A stretch of DNA of 36,956 bases from contig BQXS01012585.1 of the NCBI GenBank assembly GCA_024181965.1, positions 1-36,956 of the forward strand, written 5' to 3'. Below are positions 1-10,388 of this stretch, piece by piece (position 1 is the stretch's first letter; every line of letters begins with the position of its first letter). The position numbers and the translations under genes are program-made. The stretch comes from Aduncisulcus paluster. Its lineage: Eukaryota. The notes beneath the pieces are model-generated. The model worked only from the letters and a program-made list of their open reading frames with translations. It was not told the DNA's origin and ran no database searches.

Positions 1-412
1 CCACAGCAAGAATAAAACATGACATTTGAAGATTGATGATCTTCAGGATTATCTGAGATTGAAGATTAAATGAAGTGCCGTTTATTAGAATAGCGATAAT
101 TATCTGAAATAATAAAAAATTTATCTAGATATATTTATTAATAAAACGTTTAAACAGTGCAGGGCTTAAATTTGAAATAAAAGATAAAATCAGATTTAAG
201 TTTACAAAATATCAATAACTTTTATTTACCATTATAATTTTTTTATTTTAAAAAAATTCGGTGAGTTGGGACACTCTGTTTTATTGTTGTAAAATGAGTA
301 TAATATCAAGTAAAAATCATTATACTGGGCCATATTAGATTAAATACTTATCGTTTCATTTTGATGCCACTAAAAATAGATTATCCAAAAATAGATTTCG
401 GAAAAAGTAATA

Positions 413-2872
413 TTAACCGTCATCTTCTATACTCTGAATCTCATTCTGAGATTCATCAGACAAAGAACTAGAGGAATCAGATGAGGTTGATTTAGGTATA
501 AGCGGGAAAAAATCATCAATACTGCCTTGATTTTTCTGAGAATGACATAACTTATGTGAAGACTTACCAACTGCTGTAATAGAGTGCTCTTTGTCTTGGG
601 ATTCCTTCTCAACACTCACAGACTGAGAGATCTCAGACTGTTTTTTCAAGGGACCAGATTGGAGCTCATCATGAGAACTTCTCATCTTTCCTGCTTCTTT
701 ACGTCTTGGAATTTTTTCCCTTGTTTTCCGCCCCTTCACTGGATTAATCGTAGTCCAATGATATTTCAGAGTACAATAAAGTGCAGCATTTTCATTTGTG
801 AGTCTTGAACGTTGAGGGGTCAGAATAAGTCCATAAGCAGAGAAAAATCTTTCCACTTCGGCCCCAGACAGAGAAATAGTAAGTAGAGGCTCCACAAATT
901 TGAATGCAATATCATGATTTTTCCAATAGTTGTAATATTTCTCTCTCTTTTCATCAATGTTCAATTGTGAGAAATCAAGAACATCTTCTTGAGCATAACA
1001 ATGGAGTTGATACTTAAGGTTCGCATTGCTAAGGCCATCCATTCGGTTATTGTAGTCATATTTCTTCAAAATAGCAAGCAGTTGTTTTACATTCTTTCTT
1101 GGAGAGTGGTCCGGCAAAAATTCCACCACATCTTTGTACAAATCCAAAGCTTTTTTAATATTTGCCTCTCTCTTCGCATAATTTGGGGGAATAGAATACC
1201 TATTCTTTCGCATCTCATCAATACTGAAAAGGAGACAATCAATATCTTTGATTGCAAAATCGACTTCTCTTCCCTGTACACAAATAACAGCTCTTCCAAG
1301 ATTAGTAAAGAAAGGCGCCATTTTTTCCAATTTTTTCCTATTACCCTCTGAAAACAAATTTTCCACGACATATTTTTTTTCCTCCTCATCTTTTATATAT
1401 GTTTCACAAAACAACCGATAATTTAGCCATTTAGCAAGAATGTGGAGAGTGCAGTCGACATTTTCCACCCACCGGGTCATACACTTGGTTACAGATTTAA
1501 TTTGATATTTGGTTAACTGATTTTTGTGATGCATCTGTGCTAAAGATATCTTTGTAATGAGCTCCGAAATGAACCGATTCTCTTTAAGTTTCATAAAATC
1601 ACCCAATAACAAATCTAATTGATGTGCAAGACACCAAACATGGTTGATAACTAATGGTGCCACCGTATCCAGTGGGTCTATTGACTCCTTTGATTTATAC
1701 TCTTGTAGCCTTTTTCCCACATTCAACATCAGAGCTTCCCCATCAGTAATAATGAATCCAGGTGCAAATGAATATTCCTCTATTAATTTAGTAAGTTTAT
1801 CAGCTATTTTATCAGCTAGTATTCTTCCTTTCTTTTGTTTATCCTTATCCTCTTTATCATTTTGAGATTCCTTTTTTCTAGAATCCTCTTCAGCTGAGGA
1901 TTTAACAAGTTTCTCCAGCTCAGATCGATTATCCCAATATTTTAAAAATAAACTCTCAAGACTCATCCCCATTGAACAAGCTTTCTTTTGATACAACGAC
2001 AACTTTTTCTCGTCCTTATCAAGAACTCTAATTTGCCGTTCAATTGCACTTTTCCTTTTGTTTGACTCCTCGATCATTCTCTCAACATTTATGATATTGT
2101 CATTATACTGCTTTCTTGTTATTTTCGTTAAAGTTATTTCTTTCTCATCCTCTAGTCTTTTCTTTTCCTCTTCAGGGCTCTCTTGAGCCAGAGAGGCAAG
2201 AAGGTCAGGATCCAATTTTTCTTCTTCGGGAAGAATATGCGCCAATTTCCTATACTCTTGCTTGGCATTAACACCAATGATTGGTAACATGCCACATCTG
2301 TATTTAGAACCTTTATCAATGATGAAACTAACACATTGTCCCTCCCACTCTCGACACAAATCATCCTCTTGTTTTTCTATCAATCTTTTTGCTGTCGTTT
2401 CTACTATCCTTCTTGTTACAATATTCCCAGTTCCTGCTTGATACATTAAAGATTGAAACTCTGGTGTCAAAATCTTACTGATCATCAGAGGAGAAAGTCC
2501 TAACCCAAGTAAATAGCCTATACACCCATCTTTAGCATCGGAAGGAGATATTTCCCCCGTCTCAATACATTCATCAATGGTTTTCTGCTCCTGACAAGCG
2601 TCATATTTCGAAAGGTGTTGCTCTGACTTGAGATGAGAACATAATTTCTTTACAGTCCTCTCGATCCGGCAATGACAACATTTACATTGCAAATAATACC
2701 GTTTTTTTAATTTACCAGATATTTGCTTTGTTTCTGTGATGGGTTCTGTCCAATCAAAACTGCAATCAAAATTCTCTTCAAATTTCTCCTTATCTTCAAA
2801 TTTTTCTTTACCCTTTTCATCAAAAGAATCCCAAACGTTTTGTAAAAAGTAAATTTTGTTACAATCACCCAT
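413..2872 (-). CDS. hAT-superfamily DNA transposase (N-terminal C2H2/BED-like Zn finger, RNase H-like DDE core, hAT C-terminal dimerisation domain)
   Basis: Motifs seen: CKCCHC...SHLKSEQH (Zn finger), FIIDKGS (D1), IITDGEALM (D2), HVWCLAHQLDL (CxxH), CMTRW, and LTISLSGAEVERFFSAYGLILTPQRSRL (catalytic E and hATC signature). The ORF track start at 3031 is a TTG lying beyond the putative terminus; the first ATG (MGDCNK) is at ~2872. Confidence 0.9.
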   Translation of the reverse strand: MGDCNKIYFLQNVWDSFDEKGKEKFEDKEKFEENFDCSFDWTEPITETKQISGKLKKRYYLQCKCCHCRIERTVKKLCSHLKSEQHLSKYDACQEQKTIDECIETGEISPSDAKDGCIGYLLGLGLSPLMISKILTPEFQSLMYQAGTGNIVTRRIVETTAKRLIEKQEDDLCREWEGQCVSFIIDKGSKYRCGMLPIIGVNAKQEYRKLAHILPEEEKLDPDLLASLAQESPEEEKKRLEDEKEITLTKITRKQYNDNIINVERMIEESNKRKSAIERQIRVLDKDEKKLSLYQKKACSMGMSLESLFLKYWDNRSELEKLVKSSAEEDSRKKESQNDKEDKDKQKKGRILADKIADKLTKLIEEYSFAPGFIITDGEALMLNVGKRLQEYKSKESIDPLDTVAPLVINHVWCLAHQLDLLLGDFMKLKENRFISELITKISLAQMHHKNQLTKYQIKSVTKCMTRWVENVDCTLHILAKWLNYRLFCETYIKDEEEKKYVVENLFSEGNRKKLEKMAPFFTNLGRAVICVQGREVDFAIKDIDCLLFSIDEMRKNRYSIPPNYAKREANIKKALDLYKDVVEFLPDHSPRKNVKQLLAILKKYDYNNRMDGLSNANLKYQLHCYAQEDVLDFSQLNIDEKREKYYNYWKNHDIAFKFVEPLLTISLSGAEVERFFSAYGLILTPQRSRLTNENAALYCTLKYHWTTINPVKGRKTREKIPRRKEAGKMRSSHDELQSGPLKKQSEISQSVSVEKESQDKEHSITAVGKSSHKLCHSQKNQGSIDDFFPLIPKSTSSDSSSSLSDESQNEIQSIEDDG

Positions 2873-2950
2873 AATTATTGCGAAACGATGCAAAAAAAAG
2901 AGATTCAAATCACGAAATTTGTGGAGTTTATTTTCAAAAAAAAACGCAAA

Positions 2951-3023
2951 ATGCAGCCACTTGGCAGCCAATTGCAGCCAAATTTCTCGTTGGCAGCCAG
3001 CGGCTGCAAGATGTACATCCCTG
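2951..3023 (-). mobile_element. Putative 5' end of the hAT element: CAGGGATG terminus plus subterminal GCAGCC repeats
   Basis: The reverse complement of 3016-3023 is CAGGGATG, matching the start of the maize Ac TIR (CAGGGATGAAA). Inside it are four GCAGCCA copies and one inverted GGCTGC, just upstream of the transposase ATG. Confidence 0.65.
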
Positions 3024-3073
3024 ATTTTCAATCCATATTGTGTTTTTTTTTTGTCGGATTGGAAGGGTATTCA

Positions 3074-4991
3074 ATGGAATTGAAGGAATTTACTGTTCAT
3101 AACTGTTTGAAAAAACTTACTTCATGTACTACTGAGGAGATTTCCACTGAATCACTCAAGTTGATTGATATCCGTCATGCTCAGTTGAAATCGGATAAGG
3201 AAGTTATGGTCGGAGATGATGAAGTGTTTTTATTTTCTTCTGAAGCCATTGATTTACTTATTTCAATCTTTGAAAGGGGAGATATTGATGAATCTAACGC
3301 TACAGAGCTATTCCGTTGTTTGTATCATTTATTATCGACAATCAGCTTTAAGATGGCTTCTAAAAATAAGGAAATTGAAGAGATTGAGAGCAAAATTGAA
3401 GAAATTGAAGCCCAAATGTGTGAGTGTGAGTGTGACGATGATCATTGTCATTGTGAAGACGAGGGTTGTGGATGTGAAAGCGAAGAAGGCAAAGAATCGT
3501 GTGATTCCAAGCATTGTCATGGACATGATGATGATGAGAAGAAGCAAAAACTCCGTAGTGAGATGGATTCTCTCACTCAGCTTCTGGTGACCAAATCCCA
3601 CCCCATCTCGCGTAATAAGCGTCGTCTCATTGATTTATTGATTCCTTTCCTCCATTACCCTGACACAACGCCGGTTCCAACCCTTTCTGCAGCTCTTGTA
3701 CTTGCCCTTGTTGATCCTGACTTTGTTACAGATGCTGGCTCATGTTTAACAATCGCCAAGGATATTTTGGGATCAAAATCAGAAGGTGAGAAAGTTAAGT
3801 TCGAGGATAATTCAATTGCATGCAATGTTGTTGCGTGTATTCTCGTACTTGGTTCTCCAGCTGACGATGCTCTCGATTCTTTACCTTCTTTCGTGCAGTG
3901 TGAGGATGTTGAAAGTCATATTCAACATTGTGTGTCGTCATTGGTGGATAGAATTTGTATGTTGGGCGAGAATGAAGATAAAAATAGAGATGGCGGTGAG
4001 AAACATGGTGAAAGGGAAGAAATTGAGTGTCTTTCATCATTATTCGTTGATCTCGTTGAAGATTTTGTGAATATATGTTGCAAAACTTGTGATGATTGTA
4101 AAGAAATGGTCGAAGCTGAATTAGCTGAAAATGAAGAAGAGGAAGAAGAGGAGGAGGAAGAGAAGAAGGAAGGAGAAGAAAAACCTCAACAATTCAGTGA
4201 ATTAGAAAAGAGAAATGGGATTGCTTCCAAAATATTAGCATTCCATATGTTACAAATGCCTTGTCTTCCTCTCTCATTGAGTGTTGCCGCATCCATCCTA
4301 AAAATAGGTTCTGAGAAACTTCAAAAGTTTATTCAATATTGTGTTCGTGTTACACCCTGTGACCTTGATTGGAATGGTGTCTCCAAGTGTCTCGGGAACT
4401 GTATGTTCCTACCTGTTACCGATATCAATGCCTTCTGTGCCTTCATGAGGAGTAGTTCTGGAACACATCATACCGATATTGGGGATATCATTGATCTTTG
4501 CGCTGCTTTCACTTGTGGTGCTGATTGTTTGATTGGAGCCACGAATGAAGACGAGGAGGAAGACGAAGGAGAGGGAGAGGAAGAAGAGGAGGAAGAGGGA
4601 GAAGAAGGAAAGAAGGAGAGTGAAAAGAAAACCATTAATGAAGCAGAAGAGGGAGAGGGAGAAGAGGGAAGAAGAAGAAGAAGAAGAAGAGTTCGAATCT
4701 TTCTCTGATGTTTACAATGCTTCTGCTCTCTTCCCCTTCATAGTTCTCTATAATACAGGGATTATCGATGTTTGTTTGAATGGTCTTGTGAAGGCTCTGG
4801 AAAGTGGTTTAAAGCCTGAAACTGGAGAACAAAAAGAGGATCTGTTGACATCTCTCACTGAGTCACTTGAAATGCTTGAGAAAGGAATGTTCAAAAACCC
4901 AGCTTTCTCAAAAATGAATGAAAATACAATTGAAATGATGAATGGGAGGAAGAAAATGCTCGTGAAGTGTATTTCCCTCGTTGGGAAATAA
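3074..4991 (+). CDS. Hypothetical acidic alpha-helical (possibly ARM/HEAT-like) protein with a Cys/His-rich segment; apparent 1-nt frameshift at ~4666-4668
   Basis: ATG at 3074 (MELKEF). ORFs 2888-4708 and 4533-4991 join into ~638 aa if one G is removed from GAGGGAAGAAGA, turning poly-Arg back into poly-Glu like the gene's other acidic tracts. Confidence 0.7.
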
Positions 4992-5029
4992 CGGTTATAT
5001 ATATCAACAAGATTGTCATGAATTTCTTT

Positions 5030-8011
5030 TTATTCGTTGAAATTCATATTGAAATTTAGATCTAAGTTCTCTTCAACAATCTCCATTCCACCAGGCGATG
5101 AATCCAAAGAGTCACCTTCTGAACTTCTTCTTGAACTGGTGTCTCTCGATTCTTCTACTTCTTCCCACTTTCTTCTTGACTCTTCGGAATGGCGATATCC
5201 TCCAAATAAACATGTCTCTGCATCGAACAAAGCCTCAACGCCACATCCTGTTTGTTCGATCAGATCATACACCGATTGTCTCAAAGATCTTTCCTCATCG
5301 AATGACATCTGGACAAGCATATGTTGAGGAGGAGTGTATTGGATGAGGGAAGAGTGTTTGACTCGGCGTGGATGGCATGTGAAATAAGGAGAATCTCTTT
5401 CATGATTTGTAGCATACATTGGGAAACACAATGGACCTCGTTTGAGATATTTGCAATTGATTTCTTTTCCAGTGATGAGATTATAAATCATCTTCCTCTC
5501 TCGTTTTCTGAATACCTTTATGGATGTATATGTAGAGTATGTAGATCTCGGAGTTTTCACGGGAACAAATTCAATTTCAGAATGAACATGAGCCATTTCC
5601 ATTCCTGAACAAATGTGACAGGTATAGTAAAACCCATCAGAATCGGGGGATGAAGATATTTCAATCGAAGGAATCATAGATATCATGGGAATCGAACGAA
5701 GAAGCTTCGGAAAATGGGAGGAAGCAATATAGGAAAACACATTGGAAGTGTATTTAAGGATATGCAAAATATTTGAAGTCCTAAAATCATCAATAGTGTA
5801 ATATTCTGCCAATTTATCATCATATTTAGGAGATAGGTGAGGAATAGCTGATGGGGCATTTGATAACATAGAAAGGAGGTAAGGCATAAGCCAAGCATGA
5901 TTCCTCGATCGTTTATATTTATCGCGTACCTCCAACCATTCACCAATGAGATCTTTGACACCTAAAAATACTTCGGTGGCTTGTTCCTGAAGACAACATA
6001 AATTGGCAAAATACCTCATAACTTCACAAGTAGCAGAGAAATTTCTTTCGGAAAAACTCATCCTCACCCCTTTCATAAATCTTCTCTTGTAATCAACAAG
6101 TATTGGCCGGAATAGGGGCCAAGATTCAATACACAGTGTTTTGTTGGGACACCTTTCTCTACCCATCCATGTAATATTTGCGAGGAGGTGAGAAATCGAA
6201 TTGATTCCAGATTTGTTTCCATATTTTTTCATCCAACACTCCACATATGGTTTAACAAGAGTCAAAATGGAGAAATTCGTTTTTGAGGGAATAGATGAAT
6301 TTTTTGAGATATTCGTAAGAGTTTGGAAGATATATTCCGGGATACTAAAATCCAATCTTTCTAAACATCCCCTCTCAAAAATTCGTTGGAAAGTGGGATA
6401 TACCGTGGGTAATAACTTTTCCCAATTGACATAAACAATAACTTCTGAATAATTAAAATAAATCAGACAATACTCTCTGTCAACTTCTCTTCCCAATACT
6501 TCCTCAATTTTACATAAATATTCAATGAAAGTGTCAAAGAGATGGGAAAAATACACCCGAGGAAGAAAATACGTCCCAAATTTTCTTTGATCAGTGAATG
6601 CTGACAAACACTGACAACACAAGATTATCTCTTTTCTATGCTCAATAATCTGACTTTTGGATTGGTATGCAAGAAACACGGACAAGATATCTTGATAATG
6701 ATCTTTGTAAAGTTTGCCAAGAGACAAAATATTTTCACATTCCTTAATGGCCTCAATTAATTCATACCACTTCTTGAAATGAACATGACAATTCCTTAGA
6801 TATTTGGTGTATTCTTTCTCGTTAAACAGATTATCCACACAAAACTTCATACAATCATCAAACTTTGGCGAGAGATGAGGAACAAGGCATGGAACATCGG
6901 AGAGAGTTGACACAAGATCACACCATGAGATAAGTCCAACAGCTTGGTTCCTGTCTTTTAATATTTCATACCAACTATCGAGAAGTTCATCTTTAAGACA
7001 AGCATGAATTTCGATTGCTTGGGCAGGAATACAACAGAGATTAGAGAAGAATGAAAGGCATTGTGATAACAAATGATAAACAAATTTTTCCTTCTCTTCA
7101 GCATCAAATGAGATCTCCGTGGAAACAATATCTTTAACTGCATTCAGAATAGGATGAAAGATAAACCACAGCTGTGAGCATCGGACTTTATGAGTGTGGA
7201 GAAGCTTTTCATCTTCAGCTCGAGAAATATTTTCAAGGATGCATACCCATCGCATAACACAATCATTGTCTGGATATTTTATCATCCAAGGTACCATGTG
7301 AGGAAGAAGAAGGGATAAAAGGGAGTCTCTTGTGGAGCTATCGTTTAAAAATGTAAGATATTCACATATTTTGAGGATATCTTCAACTATTGGGTTTTCT
7401 AACCTCTTGATTTGTCCAATAGAAAATATCTCAGAGAGAAGAGACGAAATTTGGGGATATATCGTTCGACGAAGAGAGTGGGAAAGAGTAAAAGAGAGCC
7501 GAATCATTCTAAGCAATAGAATCGTAATAGATCTTACTGCTTTCTCCTGATGGGAAAATTGAATAGTTGAGGAGTGGTGAGTCCTTCTTTTCCCGGTGGT
7601 TTCTTGAAATATGTCTTCTTCTTCTTCCTCCTTGTCTTGTTCTTTTGTTTTGTCTGCAGAATTCTCTCTTATAACAGATTCGACTCTGATCATAGATGAT
7701 AATAATGATTCAAAATGAGAATAGATATCACCGATATCAGATGAAGTCCACGTGAGGGATGAGGTGTTAAAAGGTGCAAAATAATCTTCTAAAAATAATG
7801 ACAAACACTCAAAGGAAAGAGTAAAAAGATCTTGATGCAACAAGATAGTTTCGGGTGATCGAGAGAATTCATCAAATAGAGCATTGATACGAGGGAAATA
7901 CAATTCAAAAAAATGCATCAAGGAGGAGATATCCTTCAGACATTTAATATCCCCCTTCAATTTCTCAAGTTCAGCTCGAGAAAAGGGCCCTTTATATTTG
8001 GTATTTTGCAT
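5030..8011 (-). CDS. Hypothetical 993-aa alpha-solenoid-like protein built from two large internal repeats
   Basis: Long ORF. Duplicated blocks: FFSNLCCIPAQAIEIH..LKDELLDSW..LSDVPCLVPHLSPKFDD versus YFANLCCLQEQATEVF..VKDLIGEW..LSNAPSAIPHLSPKYDD. Confidence 0.85.
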   Translation of the reverse strand: MQNTKYKGPFSRAELEKLKGDIKCLKDISSLMHFFELYFPRINALFDEFSRSPETILLHQDLFTLSFECLSLFLEDYFAPFNTSSLTWTSSDIGDIYSHFESLLSSMIRVESVIRENSADKTKEQDKEEEEEDIFQETTGKRRTHHSSTIQFSHQEKAVRSITILLLRMIRLSFTLSHSLRRTIYPQISSLLSEIFSIGQIKRLENPIVEDILKICEYLTFLNDSSTRDSLLSLLLPHMVPWMIKYPDNDCVMRWVCILENISRAEDEKLLHTHKVRCSQLWFIFHPILNAVKDIVSTEISFDAEEKEKFVYHLLSQCLSFFSNLCCIPAQAIEIHACLKDELLDSWYEILKDRNQAVGLISWCDLVSTLSDVPCLVPHLSPKFDDCMKFCVDNLFNEKEYTKYLRNCHVHFKKWYELIEAIKECENILSLGKLYKDHYQDILSVFLAYQSKSQIIEHRKEIILCCQCLSAFTDQRKFGTYFLPRVYFSHLFDTFIEYLCKIEEVLGREVDREYCLIYFNYSEVIVYVNWEKLLPTVYPTFQRIFERGCLERLDFSIPEYIFQTLTNISKNSSIPSKTNFSILTLVKPYVECWMKKYGNKSGINSISHLLANITWMGRERCPNKTLCIESWPLFRPILVDYKRRFMKGVRMSFSERNFSATCEVMRYFANLCCLQEQATEVFLGVKDLIGEWLEVRDKYKRSRNHAWLMPYLLSMLSNAPSAIPHLSPKYDDKLAEYYTIDDFRTSNILHILKYTSNVFSYIASSHFPKLLRSIPMISMIPSIEISSSPDSDGFYYTCHICSGMEMAHVHSEIEFVPVKTPRSTYSTYTSIKVFRKRERKMIYNLITGKEINCKYLKRGPLCFPMYATNHERDSPYFTCHPRRVKHSSLIQYTPPQHMLVQMSFDEERSLRQSVYDLIEQTGCGVEALFDAETCLFGGYRHSEESRRKWEEVEESRDTSSRRSSEGDSLDSSPGGMEIVEENLDLNFNMNFNE

Positions 8012-8639
8012 TTCTTGTAAAAAGTGGGAAAACAGAGTTCCGTTTGAAAATCGAATTAAAATGGATAAAATTATAATTTACAACATCAATAAAACAATTC
8101 GAATATAGAAAACAACCCAGAGCTTGAAAACATACAAATCGACAAGATGTAAAAAAATCAATGAACTAGAATACAATGTATCCAAATATATGGAATTGCA
8201 ACACCTTTAGGCTATCCGCTGGAATGGACTCGGTCAAAATAATAGGTTTAAAACGACATTTTGTGTATCTCCAGCATTGGGGGTTATCCATGGCTCTTGG
8301 ACATTAATCTATTTGCGTAATGTTTGGACAAAAAATAATATTTCTTCCATATATACCCATGCTGTTTAAATTGGCAGTTAGAGAAGAAGGCTTCTTTTAT
8401 CCTTTAAAAGAGTCCAATTGTCTGTCTCTTCTGGAGTAGATAATATGGTATAAATACTATATTTCATGACTCATGGCCATTGGGTCGTTCTCATGTAAAT
8501 CACAAGCTCCAAAGAATTGCTGTGATTCGAAGATCGTTTTTGTTGCAATAGAGAGATTTTGGAAATCTGTGAATGGTTCCATTTCATCTTTTCATGGCGG
8601 AATTATTATGATCAGTGACTCTTTAGCCGTGTCAATATT

Positions 8640-9124
8640 GTATTTTCCTTGATATTTTTTTGGATTTCAAATCCGAGTGACTTGTCCAAGAAAATGTCCT
8701 AGAGTCTGGAGATTCTGAAGTCTGGGTCACGTTGGTTATTCAATCAATTTTATCAACACAACGATTCATGATGCTTCTTTATGGCTTCGTTTCAACTCTC
8801 TCTGACGAATGATTTGTTGGACTGAATTTTCTTTCCTCAAACGCCTTGGAATCATCTTGGGGTGCTATCCCTAAGAAATGGAATTATGGGGTGGCAATGC
8901 TGTCGTTTGGGTTTATTCTTTCACTTGCAATTATTTTATCAATTATCTTATGTTTGAATCAGCAATGGAGAGTGATTTTGTTCGAAAGTGATCATGCAAG
9001 AGCTGCCAGACTGGATAATGTCAAGGTATCACCACAGATAGAGGAGGATGACACCGAAGTTGGCGGACAGATATCTGATTGTGATGATTCTCATAGCAAT
9101 CATTCGAGGAAAGAATTGCAATAA
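8640..9124 (+). pseudogene. Possible degenerate membrane-protein gene fragment
   Basis: The frame of ORF 8846-9124 continues upstream with hydrophobic, protein-like sequence (VWVTLVIQSILSTQRFMMLLYGFVSTLSDE*FVGLNF), interrupted by TGA at 8678 and 8810. It ends with a TM-like segment and an acidic tail. Confidence 0.3.
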
Positions 9125-9308
9125 ATCTTCTCGAGAAATCAGTTAATCTTTCATTATGATCGGCATCTATCATCTTGGTAAATCATGGGATTAATATCAC
9201 TGATATCATATCAGACATCTGTCAAACGATTATTTCTGAGAAGACTGATAGACGCAAGGGAATAAAAGCACAATGTCCTTCTTTACAGACAATAGCATTA
9301 TCCTTGGA

Positions 9309-10388
9309 TTATTTCCATGGAAGTAGAGATAATCGTTCACCTGCAATGGTTTCCTTGGGCATAGTAAATACAAGGGAGAGGATGCAGAAATTTCGACTAT
9401 TCTTCCCATTCCACCTTCCTTTCCCTTCAATCTCACACAATACAACGTTATCCAAATCAATAGGAAGGAAATACCATTCAAATTGATGTTTAGGTTGTGT
9501 GAATTCATACTTCTTGCATGTCTTCTTATCATCACAATCTGTGAAAGTGAAGAGAAGATGAGGTGAACTACGATACCTATCCACACAGATATAAGCACCT
9601 TTCATTAGACTGGGTGATGGGAAAGGGATAGAAAGATGGGATAAAGCGACACCACATTCCCCTTTTAACATTGCTTGTGCTGCTGAACTCTGATCATACC
9701 ACTTAGATTCCTTACAAAGCGAATCATTCTTGCACTTAACCATTGAGAATGAAGGATCCACAAGCTTTGGATCATCACGTGGAATGGGAATAGAATCTTT
9801 ATCTCCTTTCTTAACAAACTCTGGTTTCACAACTGAAGCTTCAGCCCATAGTTTCTCTTTGGCTTCACGAGCTATAGTTTCTTCAGGGGTTTCTTTTCTA
9901 ATGAAAACAAGAGAGATGATTTTAAAATACTCTTTCTCTCTTCCTTTCCCTGTAATCTCACACAGAACAACATCAGGGAGATCAACAGGAAGGAAATACC
10001 AATGCCAACCTTTAAATCCATGAAATTCGTATTTCTTCGACGTTTTCTCACCCTTTGAAGATGTGAGAGTGAAGATAAGATGTGATGGAGGGTAATAATA
10101 CAAAAGACAGATATAGACACCTTTCATTGGGGAAGATGAAGAGAAAGGAATGGAGATATGGGTAAAATGCCCTGCATCGCCCTCTCCTTTCATCATATCT
10201 TGTGCTTTAGAACTCTGATCGTACTCTTCATCACCTTCTTCCTCGGTTCCATCTATTGCTTTGATAGTTGGAAACTCTGCACTCTTAATATTAGGGGCAT
10301 CTCCAGGAATTGGACAGCAATAGGCATATCCTTCATGAACAAACACAGGCTCCACAGTTTGAATAACAGCATCTGTGGATAAACTCAT
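9309..10388 (-). CDS. Hypothetical protein with two tandem ~160-aa beta-rich repeats (probably a lineage-expanded family)
   Basis: Both halves share PIP-D-P..YDQSS-AQ-M-KGE..H-SIPF-S-S-MKG-YIC..HL-FT-T..KKYEF..WYFLP-DL--VVLCEI-GKGR..SLVF. Confidence 0.85.
   Translation of the reverse strand: MSLSTDAVIQTVEPVFVHEGYAYCCPIPGDAPNIKSAEFPTIKAIDGTEEEGDEEYDQSSKAQDMMKGEGDAGHFTHISIPFSSSSPMKGVYICLLYYYPPSHLIFTLTSSKGEKTSKKYEFHGFKGWHWYFLPVDLPDVVLCEITGKGREKEYFKIISLVFIRKETPEETIAREAKEKLWAEASVVKPEFVKKGDKDSIPIPRDDPKLVDPSFSMVKCKNDSLCKESKWYDQSSAAQAMLKGECGVALSHLSIPFPSPSLMKGAYICVDRYRSSPHLLFTFTDCDDKKTCKKYEFTQPKHQFEWYFLPIDLDNVVLCEIEGKGRWNGKNSRNFCILSLVFTMPKETIAGERLSLLPWK

Noticed and set aside
160-170. CAGGGCTTAAA as the partner hAT terminus
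   Set aside because: Only 5-6 nt match CAGGGATG, there are no GCAGCC subterminal repeats, and the flanking 8-mer AAACAGTG does not match ATTTTCAA.
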